From contig OZ024741.1 in the NCBI GenBank assembly GCA_964016885.1, positions 95,914,001-95,978,000 on the forward strand: a stretch of 64,000 nt of DNA. The letters run 5' to 3'. Made by a program: the position numbers and the translations under genes. Source of the DNA: Eledone cirrhosa (lineage: Eukaryota). Of this stretch, positions 44,953-55,573 are shown one piece after another. Under the pieces are notes generated by a model. The model had not been told where the DNA came from. It saw only the letters and a program-made list of their open reading frames with translations, and searched no databases. The first letter of the stretch is position 1; each line of letters opens with the position of its first letter.

Positions 44953-46299
44953 AATAACATTAGATCTGCTACAAAAGCCGATGGCTTCGTCGTAGAATCT
45001 CATTCAAAACCTGTCTGTGTATTTACACTATAAAGACAAACCATGCAAGACTATCTACTAAAAAGGTAACTAACTAAAATAAAAAAAAAACCCTGAGAAA
45101 AATCCCATTTAATATAACAGATTTCAGTGAAGTAACATAGAAACTTCATATTAGTCCCCGACATACTAAAGCAAAATTGATTTAAATGTTATTGCGAGAA
45201 TGATTGTCACTTGAGTAGAAAGTGGTGAATATTCGCATGTCTATTACGGAAATACCAATATGCCAGTCCTGCTAAAAATAGTAGCTGAATTACTTCAAAC
45301 CATACACCTAGTCTTAATATATAATAGAAAATGTATATATATTCCAAGTTGGGGCCATTGATTTGTTACTTGAGAGCAGAAGTTTTGTAAAGAGACACAT
45401 CATTAACATGAGAAAGTTATATGCCATAGAATGCTTCTGATATTTTCTAAAACTTGAATAGGTCCATGAGCGGCTACTAGTCTCTTAAAATCATAGAGGA
45501 CGCATTAGATAATATAGTATGTAATATAGTTCTTAAAACGTCGTGATGACCATAGCTAGAATATACTGTATTTGATCATAACCATGAGGATAAAAGGAAA
45601 CAAACAATAACCAACGTCAACAACAACAACATCAATAACAATAACAACTGCGTAAATATTTGTTTAATGTCTGTTTTTCTATTGCAGTCCACCAAGAAAA
45701 GACTTCCAGATCAATGTTCAATCATATTTGACTCCAAACACACAACCTTATCACAATAATATCGTTTATCAATATATGGATGATACTGAAACATATATTC
45801 AAATAATTATAGATATCTAAAGAATATCACTATATCATCCCATTGCAGAAAAGATATGTGTGACTGCACATATTATTATCAATAACTGTTACCAATCTAG
45901 GAATATGTGTTAGATGTATGTATAGATTATCACTAAATAAACTCAAACCTGATATTTTATCATTGTCATTTCTACAAGATATCCTCACAGTCGATTTTGC
46001 ACCTAAATTTTATCATTGGCTACTATCATAAATATTCTCACATCTGCTAATGTATCTCACTTCCTTTGTCTATTTATTTGATGGTTTCTTTGTTGTATGT
46101 GTGAATGTAAGTATTTATTCAATATAACCACATGTATGTATGTATATAAGTATGAATGTATGTATGTATGTAAATATGTATGTATATATGTATGCATGTA
46201 TGTATGTATACATATATGTATGTATGAATGAATGTCTGTATGTATGTATGTATGTATGTGCATTTATTTATATATTTGGATGCGTGTGTATTTGTGCAA

Positions 46300-46426
<127 letters not shown>

Positions 46427-46609
46427 GTATACTTTAAGTGCGTGTATATATATATGTATACATACACAGACAGACAGACACACACTTTGGTATTCAACTA
46501 TAAATGCAACAGTTGAAAATTGAATTAGATAATCCAATTCCTGCTAACTTTGGCAATAGTAATATCATCACTCTACTTCTTATCACTTTACCATCGTACT
46601 TATCAATCT

Positions 46610-47043
46610 CATCATCATTATCACCATTATTATCCACCTCCTCATTGCCATTACCACTAGCATCACCACCATGACGACGACCATCACCACCTACACCAGC
46701 ACCACTACCTTCACCAGCACCACTACCTTCACCAGCACCACCACCTCCACCACAACCACCACCTCAACTAGCACTACCACCTCCACCACCTTCACCAGCA
46801 CCACCACCTCCACCAGCACGACGACGACGACGGCTACCACCACCACCACTATCACCACCACTACCACCACAACCACCACCTTCACCAGCACCACCACCTC
46901 CACCAGCACCACCACCACCACCACCACCATCATCACGACGACGATGACCACTGCGACAACCAAAGCCGCCGCCACCCCATCACCCTCACCACCGTTGATA
47001 CTAACACTGTCATACATGAGCTACAACAGCGACAACAGCGACG

Positions 47044-47076
<33 letters not shown>

Positions 47077-47092
47077 TGTATAACAACTACAA
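46610..47092. repeat. Degenerate (ACC)n/(AAC)n trinucleotide low-complexity tract
   Basis: Directly visible; explains the poly-Thr/Asn ORF. Confidence 0.85.
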
Positions 47093-47580
47093 TAGATACA
47101 TCCATAGGCTGTATCTAAAAGAAAAGAAAAACGAAATGAATGCCTGATTTGCATTACGAAATGTAATTTACATTCAGAGGAATACATAAAAGAAAAAGAA
47201 CGAAATCGAAAAAAAAAAAAAAATCCAAAACGAACAAAGAAAATAACAAACAGGGAAAACACAATTACAACAACAACAACAACAACAACAGCAGCAGGAA
47301 GATTCTTGAATACATCAACAGCAACAGAAATCAAAAAGTTTATTTTATGCGCTAAAAAATAATAAGACAAGAATCGACCAATATACGTGGACTTTTTGTA
47401 GGTTTTAAAATAGATAAGTATTGATTCTGTACAATCTTGTTTCACTTATTTTATTATTATTAATGTAAAAATGCTATAAATTTTACTAGACGAAATCTTA
47501 TTGAATAAAGTTGTCACATAGAAAAGATTTAATCAAATAGAAGAGGGTAGTTTTATGGACAACATACCCACACCCAACCA

Positions 47581-47664
<84 letters not shown>

Positions 47665-47670
47665 AATCTA
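47581..47670 (+). repeat. (TATC)n, 5' flank of cluster 2
   Basis: Directly visible; abuts copy D. Confidence 0.97.
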
Positions 47671-47896
47671 GCTGTCGTCTGTTCTACAGTGTGGATGTAA
47701 TTCACTTCGCGCAGAAGTTTTGTTCAAATTTATTGCGGAAATTTTGTGAGTTCAAATTTAATTTTGATACAATTGTGTAGCTTGACCCCCCGTCTGAACT
47801 GTCAGGCGGTGGGTCAGCTCATCTTTACCCCTCCTAGAGGTGAAAAACCTGTTTTAAAAAATTTTGTGGCAAAAAAATTTCAATCGTCTAACAGAA

Positions 47897-49795
47897 ATGT
47901 TAAACGCAGCGAACGAAAATAGTGGTGGGGGGACAGCGGTAAGAGTTGTAAGCTCGCACGCTTTAGTCCCCCCTTCCTTCCCAACTAACGTCATAGAGAA
48001 GGAAGGAAAAATTAAAATAAAAACAGACGAATCTGCGGAGAAAAAAAATGACGAAAACACAAATCTGGACATGGATTCCAACAACGAAAAAAAAAAATTT
48101 GAAAAATTGCATGACAATACTAATAACACAAACAAAGACACAACAAACACAAAAATAACATTTGAAAATAACACCATAACAGAAAGCAAAGCAGACGACA
48201 AGATTTCATTTGCACAGAAAACAAAGAAATCTTTGACTTATATACCGGAAAATATTTCAGATGTGGCACGAAGAATCACAGACGCCAAACAATACATAAG
48301 TGAAGGAGAGAATGGTATTTTATCGGTAAAAATGCCTCAAGAATTCACCAAAGACATTGAAAGCCGAACGGTCAAGTTTCGGACCATCAACAACAGTACA
48401 AAAAAACCTGAACAGCCTTCTCAAGCAGATATCAAAACAGTACTCACAGAAGTACTTAATGAAACCACTTTCATAAGAAAAGACAGACTGTATGGAAGCC
48501 TAGCAATTATCATGAAGAACGAATCGGCGGCAAAAAAATGTGCTTTGTCACCGATTCGTTCGAAAAATTTTACCTTTTATCCATCTTATATGGGTAAAAG
48601 AACTCAACGCATATGGCTGGATGCAATGATGCCAGATGTGGACTACTGCTGGCTCATAGCTGGCTTCATCGATCCAGTGAATGACAACGTGATTTCCATT
48701 GGGAAAACCACAGGCAATGCGTTCAGTGGAACAGGTATAGAGCTGGTAGTGCAAATGAAGCCTGAACGCATCGCCCAAATACCCGACAGAAACCTATTAG
48801 AGGACCACGGGTATATAAACATTAGCGTGGAGGGGAGAAGGCCGTCCTACCATATCTGTGCAGGCAGAGAGCACCTGAAGGCCGCTTGTCCCCAACTCAA
48901 CAAAAAGAAAACCCTGCTACCAACACCAGCTCCACCACCACCACCACAACAGATAAACAAACAACAAAACTCAGTCCCACCCAACCCGTCCCTCAGTAAA
49001 ACCACACCACCACCACAACACAAACAGTCACAACACATTACCCCAAAACAAAATACAGGCCCACCCAACCTCTCACTCAATAAAACAACACAACCACCGC
49101 AGACACAACACACAACACAGTCTAACATAGTGACATCCATCTCCCCCACAAAGAAAACCAACACGGAAACATTACCAGCAAACATACCTCTTCCCTCCAA
49201 CACTGAAGATAACCCAACGAATTCGGAGGAAGAAACGGAGTCCTTCAGACAGATTAAAAGGAAAAAAAGAAAACATGTGCAAAACACACAAGGCCAAACA
49301 ACCCCCACCCAAATCTCAACACAATCCAACAAAACAGAAAACACCCCTCCAGCAACAAACAAAACCAAACCTGCCCCTCCCCTCTTCGAAACACTCACAC
49401 CATCCGAAAAAAAGACATTACACTATACTTACATCAACAGAAACAATAATAAATTAAATGAACTCATATACAATAATCCTTCGGTACAAACCGAAGGTGT
49501 AAACTTTGTTTCTTCAGAAAACTACCCACATTTAAAACTAATAAAGATCCCAATGAACCTCTACCAAAAACTAAAAAAGGATTTTAAGGAGGACGTAGGA
49601 CCACCCTCTGTCAAACCCATAAACCGCGTCCTACTAAAAAGCTTTCCCCCTCCCCTTCCCCTCCCCAACACAACTCCAAACACCCCAACCCCACCACACA
49701 CTGACGACCCCACACCACCACAAGACACCCCTTCACCCAACACCTCCGACCCCATGGAAGTCGTGCAACCCGAACCCCGGGAAGCGGAAAGGTAG
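47897..49795 (+). CDS. Copy D ORF1, gag-like nucleic-acid-binding protein
   Basis: Open frame from first ATG 47897. Knuckle reads YHICAGREHLKAAC (first Cys to Tyr), then a P/T/Q-rich linker, KRKKRK and the conserved C-terminal block. Confidence 0.9.
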   Translation: MLNAANENSGGGTAVRVVSSHALVPPSFPTNVIEKEGKIKIKTDESAEKKNDENTNLDMDSNNEKKKFEKLHDNTNNTNKDTTNTKITFENNTITESKADDKISFAQKTKKSLTYIPENISDVARRITDAKQYISEGENGILSVKMPQEFTKDIESRTVKFRTINNSTKKPEQPSQADIKTVLTEVLNETTFIRKDRLYGSLAIIMKNESAAKKCALSPIRSKNFTFYPSYMGKRTQRIWLDAMMPDVDYCWLIAGFIDPVNDNVISIGKTTGNAFSGTGIELVVQMKPERIAQIPDRNLLEDHGYINISVEGRRPSYHICAGREHLKAACPQLNKKKTLLPTPAPPPPPQQINKQQNSVPPNPSLSKTTPPPQHKQSQHITPKQNTGPPNLSLNKTTQPPQTQHTTQSNIVTSISPTKKTNTETLPANIPLPSNTEDNPTNSEEETESFRQIKRKKRKHVQNTQGQTTPTQISTQSNKTENTPPATNKTKPAPPLFETLTPSEKKTLHYTYINRNNNKLNELIYNNPSVQTEGVNFVSSENYPHLKLIKIPMNLYQKLKKDFKEDVGPPSVKPINRVLLKSFPPPLPLPNTTPNTPTPPHTDDPTPPQDTPSPNTSDPMEVVQPEPREAER

Positions 49796-49828
49796 GTCTC
49801 TACACTCTCCTTTGGCTCTGCCGCCCAC

Positions 49829-52800
49829 ATGGATGTGTTAAGAGTAGGATGTTTGAATGCACGTGGCCTGGGCTCAACTTGGAAGCAAGCAAAGCTGCTA
49901 AATGACCTTAGGTCATGTAGTATAAATGTAATGGTTATCTGTGAGACTCGAATCAGCGTCGTGCGCAGCTGGCCCCCACCTTCGATGACTTTGAGGTGCA
50001 TGCATCTCTCTGTCAACCTGGAGGTGGGGGTGGGGTTGTCGTACTGCTGCAAAAACACCTGGGTCTTGCCGTACAAGTTGTGCACTCGGACCCGGAGGGT
50101 CGCTTGTTGGTGCTAGACGTTGGCAGTAGTGAAAGTGCGGCCTTGAGACTGGTTGCCGTCTACTCCCATTTCGGAGCTGAACGGCCCGACTTCTTCCAGA
50201 GTTTGGAGACTTTTCTGGGAACGTCGCGTTCCCTGATTCTAGCGGGGGATTGGAATGACATCCTAGATGCACGTTGGGACTATGCAGGAGCATGTCCTAA
50301 TAGAGGGGGGTGTAACATCCTCAAGGGGTTACTCGACCGTTTTAACTTGGTCGATAGATATCGACTAGATTTTCCAACTGTGCCCACCTGGACTTGGAGA
50401 AACCACAGTGGTCAATCTAGATCGTACTTAGATAGATTCTTAGTTAGAAGTAAGGATAGGGACATATTAAGCTGTCCAGAAATGCGCACGGTTGGCTACA
50501 CGGATCACAAATTAGTGACCTGCGTAGTCAATCTCGAGAAAACACATAAACAGGGTCCCGGTTACTGGAAACTTAATTTATCTTTACCGGCAAAAGAGAC
50601 TTACAGAAACCGGATTAGCAGATTAGTTAAGGAGAGGTTGACGGGTGCAATCGTCAACAACCGATGGTGGGCATCTCTCAAAAGAGAGATTAGAACAGAA
50701 TCAATAAGTTATAGCAAGATGTTAGCTGCCGATAGGAATAGAAACGAGAAAGAATTAACAGGTAAATTAGAAGAGGCAATCAAGAGCGAAGATGTGGCCA
50801 GAGTGCTGGCATCGAGGACGGCCTTGAACCAGTTTTTCGATGCAAAGCACGAAGGCTGCGTCATTCGAAGTAAAATACGTGCTCTAGGTAATGAAGGGGC
50901 CAAAGCCGATGGCTGGGCCCGCGTGACAGAAGCTAAGAGTGGAAATCGATCCACCATCCGGTCGTTGCAAGACGAAGATGGACGGGTGATCCGGGAGCCT
51001 AAGCAGATGTGCGAGGCCTTTCAAAGGCACTTTGCCCGATTGTTCGGGGGAGGCGAGGGTCCGGGCGGGGGCGTGGATTTCGGTCCATACCTCGACGGCC
51101 TGCCGCGTCTCTCGAGCGAAGAGGCAGAGTCCTGCGAGGGACCAATCTCGGCTGATGAGATCGGAGATGCGCTGAGCCAATGCAGCAGACTCAAATCTCC
51201 AGGTCTCGATGGTATAACTTACGAACTTTATTTAGCAATGCCGGTCTTCTTCTCGGAACACCTCGAAGCGGTCTACTGCAATTGGCAGCAGAACGGGAGA
51301 ATTCCTTGTTCTGTAGCCAAGGGCGTAGTCACGCTGGTGAGGAAGGACGAGAACAAGGGAGATAGTATAAATAATTTTCGGCCCATAACCCTGCTAAACA
51401 CAGAGTTAAAGATTTTGGCCAAGGTGTTAGCAAAAAGGTTGGCGCTTGTCGTGGGTGGCCTGGTGGGAGATGCGCAGACATGTGCTATCCCATCCAGGTC
51501 CATTCACGATAACCTCTACCTCATGCGATACATCATAGAGAGGGTTGGCAACAAACCCGGCTTCGGTGGGGCCCTGATCAACTTGGATCAGTCTAAGGCC
51601 TTCGATAGGGTCGACCATGGTTACCTGGATGCGGTGCTAGCGGCGGCTGGGTTCGGTCCTGTTTTCAGAGGCTGGATCACTGCCTTACATAGCAACCACA
51701 TCTGTTCTAGGATCAAGGTGAACGGCTACCTTTCGAAGCCGTTCGAAATCACACGATCCATTCGACAGGGGTGCCCTCTCTCCTCCCTTCTGTACGTATT
51801 GACTCTCGAGCCTTTACTGAGGAAGTTGGAGTTGTTGCAGGGTATCCCCCTGGAACCAGGATTGAGCAAAGCGGTGTCGGCCTACGCCGATGACGTAACA
51901 GTAATGGTATCGACCGACTCGGAGATCGAGGCGATCGGTACCTTACTGGAGGAGTACGAAAGGTTGTCAGAAACGAAACTGAACCGGGAAAAATCCATCG
52001 GGCTGCAACTCGGAACGTGGAGACGCAGACCGATGCCTCCTGACGGTGTCGTCGGACACTGGACGGAGGGCCCGGTAAAGTTGCTTGGGGTCTGGTTTGG
52101 ACCGGACCTCCAGGTGGAAAAGAACTGGAACGAGGTTACGAACAAGGTGTTTGCACTAACCCAGAAATGGGCCAAGTGTAAGCTGTCCCTAAAAGGCCGG
52201 GCGGAGGTGGCGAACATTTACATAGCGTCCGTCACTTACTACCGCCTGACTGTCGTGCCTTGCCCTAAGGAAACACTCACCACCATGGAACGCATGCTCT
52301 TCCAATTTCTTTGGAAGAAGCGCCCTCCTATGGTGAGAAGATCCATCTGCTGCCAACAACCTTCGAAAGGAGGGCTGGGGATGCCGTGGTTGATGATGCG
52401 TAGGCACGCATTAAGGCTACGGCACCTACAGGTATTCCTCACTGGTCAACCGGTGTGGGCTCCGTTCGTGAAACGAGCCTTTCCGAGACTCGTCTCGCTC
52501 ACCGAGCTACAGTCCTGGGTCAAGCAAAGATCCGGAAAACTGGGAGACTGGCACACTGAGTGTGCTCAGGCGCTCAGGGCTCTGTGGCAAGCGGGCCAGG
52601 CCATCGGTGGAGAATCCACCTCATCATTCTATAGAGGGCTGGTGGCTAGCAGGGGCGATGACACCCTTGGAGAGTCGCTGGACATGGAGGAAGACGAACT
52701 GGCCAGCCTGTTCGGTAGGACTTTCGGCCCAGGATCAATGGACAACTTCCAGAAGTCACTGGCCTGGCAGTGCTACCGGGGTGCTCTACCCGTTCGAGAG

Positions 52801-53265
52801 AGGCTCTACAGACACGGGCGCCCGGGCAGGGATCCCTCAAAAACGATTTCCCCTAGATGCGTGCGTCACGAAGAAACCGTTGCGCACGCATTGGTGCAAT
52901 GTCCGGGCGTGGCTGATCTGTGGGGCTACGCCGAACGACTGCTGTCGCGGGTAGCGCCGATTAAATTGACCGCCGAGTCCGTGATGACAATCAAACCGCC
53001 TCCCCTCTTCACAAAGGAAGCAAAGGCGGTTTTTCTGTGCGTAATAGCCATGTTGAAAGAGGTTGTTTGGTGGACACGATTGAAAGGTCTGAGGTCAGGC
53101 AACTTCCTCTCTGGCCATAGTCTGGTCTACTTCTTCCGATATCACTTCGGAAGAAGGATAAGAATGGAGAGAGAGGTGCTTGGCCACAGGCAGTTTTATG
53201 AAAGGTGGGTGATAGTGGCGAGAATGGCTCGTGTAAATGGGCCTTCTCTATATACCATCCTGTAG
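49829..53265 (+). pseudogene. Copy D ORF2, APE-RT, with a single frameshift near 49965
   Basis: MDVLRVGCLNARG starts at 49829. One base is missing relative to copy E (gtgcg-cagctg). The remaining 1089 aa are open with YADD. The C-terminal finger reads SPRC instead of CPRC. Confidence 0.92.
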
Positions 53266-53479
53266 GTAAAGAAGTAAAGGAGAGGGGAGCACCTTCTCCA
53301 TGTGCTCCCCGGGCAAAGGATTGCACACTTTTTCGGGTGTGTGTGCAACCCCCATCACGTCCCCTCCCTTTTGAGGTTATTTTCGATTATTTTCATGTTA
53401 CACCCTTTTTACTCGATTATATGTAAACTCCACCTTTGTATTTGTCCCTTCTTTTTATGCCTTTATGGTAAATAAAGAA

Positions 53480-53536
<57 letters not shown>

Positions 53537-53737
53537 GATAGAGTAAGACACGCTTCGCATCGGCTCCGCTATTCCATCGGGATTTACCCTTACTATTGTA
53601 AGTACCGGATAAATTTTTTAGAGCAACACATTTGGAACACTAACCCCTGTTATTTAGGGAAACATTTTTGCATTTACCCCCTTTTTAGGGGGTAAAATAA
53701 ATATCTATTTTTGCCGAAAAATTTCTTTCTTGGCAGC

Positions 53738-55573
53738 ATGGCGGAAAAGATGGCAGACATGTCTGCCATTAGCTCTGCCACGCCCCCCAAGTCTGAAGAA
53801 CAAAAAATAATTACAACAAAATTAGACATTGAAACAAACAAACAAAATGAAAAAACAAATGTTAAGGAAAATGAGCAAACAGAAAACAAACAAACAGAAA
53901 ATAATACAAATAACGACAGGGCAACTTTCGCCCAGAAAACAAAGCAATCCATTACATACACACCAATTGACCTAACTGCCGCCAGAGAAAAACTGGCCGA
54001 AGCAAAGAAACATATTGTTTTGGGGGAGAACGGAATGTTTTCCATTAACTCCCCCCCAGAATTCAAGAAAGCCAGAGCAGAAAACACAGTTATATACAGA
54101 ACTATACTAAACCAGTCAAGAAAGCCAGCACAGCCCAGCCAAATGGAAATAGAGTTAGTCCTAAAAGACTATATGAAGAATATTCTCTTCATACGAAAGG
54201 ACCGACTCTATGGCAGCATTTCGGTCCTAACAAGAGACAAAGAAACGGCGGTTCAGCTTTCCCTAAGCCCACTCTCGTCGACAACATATAGCTTCTATCC
54301 CTCCTACATGGGTAGAAGAACACAGAGGGTAAAAGTAAAAACAATGCTGCCCACAATGGACTTCTGGTGGGCTATTGCTGGCTTCATTGATATGGGCGAA
54401 GACACTATGCTGTCAATGGGGAAGGCAACTGGAGATGCGTTCCTGGGAATGGGCCTCGACATACTAGTCCAAATGAGGCCCGAAAGAATAGCACAAATCC
54501 CGGATCGCATCTGGCTGGATGACCTTACCACAATAGACATAATTGTAGAGGGGAGAAGACCAGCATGCTATTTATGCATGGAAAGGGGACACGTTAAGGC
54601 TAACTGCCCGAAACGTATCCCCCAAAAAGGACTATTGCCCACACCCACCACAAACAGTACACCAGCACCACCCACCTCCAAAAATACACTAATACCACAC
54701 ACAGCAAACAAAATACAGACACCACCAACCACAAACACAACACAAACATCACCACCACCAGCACCAAACACAAGCACGACACAAAAATCACCACCACCAA
54801 CCACAACACAAACATCACCACCACCATTACCAACCACAAGCACGACACAAACATTACCACCACCACCACCACAAAACCCATTCCAAACAAATAATAAAAA
54901 AAACAGTAACAAATCTACCCCTCCCGCAAAAAAAAAACAACCACACAACACGTCCCTCCCACCTAGCGCTGAAGAGTTTCCCCCAACTTCTGAAGAAGAA
55001 GGAGGAGAAGCCTTCAGACAAGTTAAAAGAAAAAAAAGAAAACACACACCCAGCACACCACAAATAACCCACACACAAACACCAACTCCAATCAAAAACA
55101 CCCCACCCTCAACAAACAAAAATAAATCTGCGCCTCCCCTCTCCGAAACATTGACAGCATCACAAAAAAAGACGTTGCAATACACATATATAAATAAAGA
55201 AAACAAAAAACTGGTTAAATTAATAAACAATAACCCTATGGTGCAGACCGAAGGGCCAAACTTTATCTCAACAGAGAACTTCACCCATTTAAAAATGATA
55301 AAGGTCCCTCTGGACCTTTATCGTTCCTTAAAAGAACAATTTAGACGGGACGTGAGCCCCCCCTGTTTAAAACCGTTGAATCGCGTCCTCTTGAAAGATT
55401 TCCCCATAACCGCCCCTCTCCCTGACACAACTCCAAATACCCCAACCCCACCACACACGTGTACCCCCACACCACCACAAAACATCCCTCCACCCAACAC
55501 ACCTGATGCCATGGAAATTACGCAACCCGGAGAGGTAAGTGCTTTTCTTTCTTCACTTTCAACACCAAAATAG
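53738..55573 (+). CDS. Copy E ORF1, gag-like CCHC zinc-knuckle protein
   Basis: ATG at 53738, intact knuckle CYLCMERGHVKANC, P/T-rich linker and EEEGGEAFRQVKRKKRKH. Homologous to A and D ORF1. Confidence 0.92.
   Translation: MAEKMADMSAISSATPPKSEEQKIITTKLDIETNKQNEKTNVKENEQTENKQTENNTNNDRATFAQKTKQSITYTPIDLTAAREKLAEAKKHIVLGENGMFSINSPPEFKKARAENTVIYRTILNQSRKPAQPSQMEIELVLKDYMKNILFIRKDRLYGSISVLTRDKETAVQLSLSPLSSTTYSFYPSYMGRRTQRVKVKTMLPTMDFWWAIAGFIDMGEDTMLSMGKATGDAFLGMGLDILVQMRPERIAQIPDRIWLDDLTTIDIIVEGRRPACYLCMERGHVKANCPKRIPQKGLLPTPTTNSTPAPPTSKNTLIPHTANKIQTPPTTNTTQTSPPPAPNTSTTQKSPPPTTTQTSPPPLPTTSTTQTLPPPPPQNPFQTNNKKNSNKSTPPAKKKQPHNTSLPPSAEEFPPTSEEEGGEAFRQVKRKKRKHTPSTPQITHTQTPTPIKNTPPSTNKNKSAPPLSETLTASQKKTLQYTYINKENKKLVKLINNNPMVQTEGPNFISTENFTHLKMIKVPLDLYRSLKEQFRRDVSPPCLKPLNRVLLKDFPITAPLPDTTPNTPTPPHTCTPTPPQNIPPPNTPDAMEITQPGEVSAFLSSLSTPK

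Larger units (their letters stand above)
47671..53479 (+). mobile_element. Full-length L1/Tx1-type retrotransposon, copy D (nearly intact; true 5' end may be 47681)
   Basis: 5' UTR hairpins, ORF1, ORF2 and 3' UTR with AATAAA at 53471 joined to (ATCT)n. Confidence 0.96.

Noticed and set aside
45688-45820. Plus-strand acceptor tttttctattgcag followed by a 43-codon frame
   Set aside because: No donor or partner exon and no homology; cannot be distinguished from chance.
46671-47147. Mucin-like Thr-rich 158-aa ORF
   Set aside because: Degenerate (ACC)n/(AAC)n repeat with no signal peptide or other domain.
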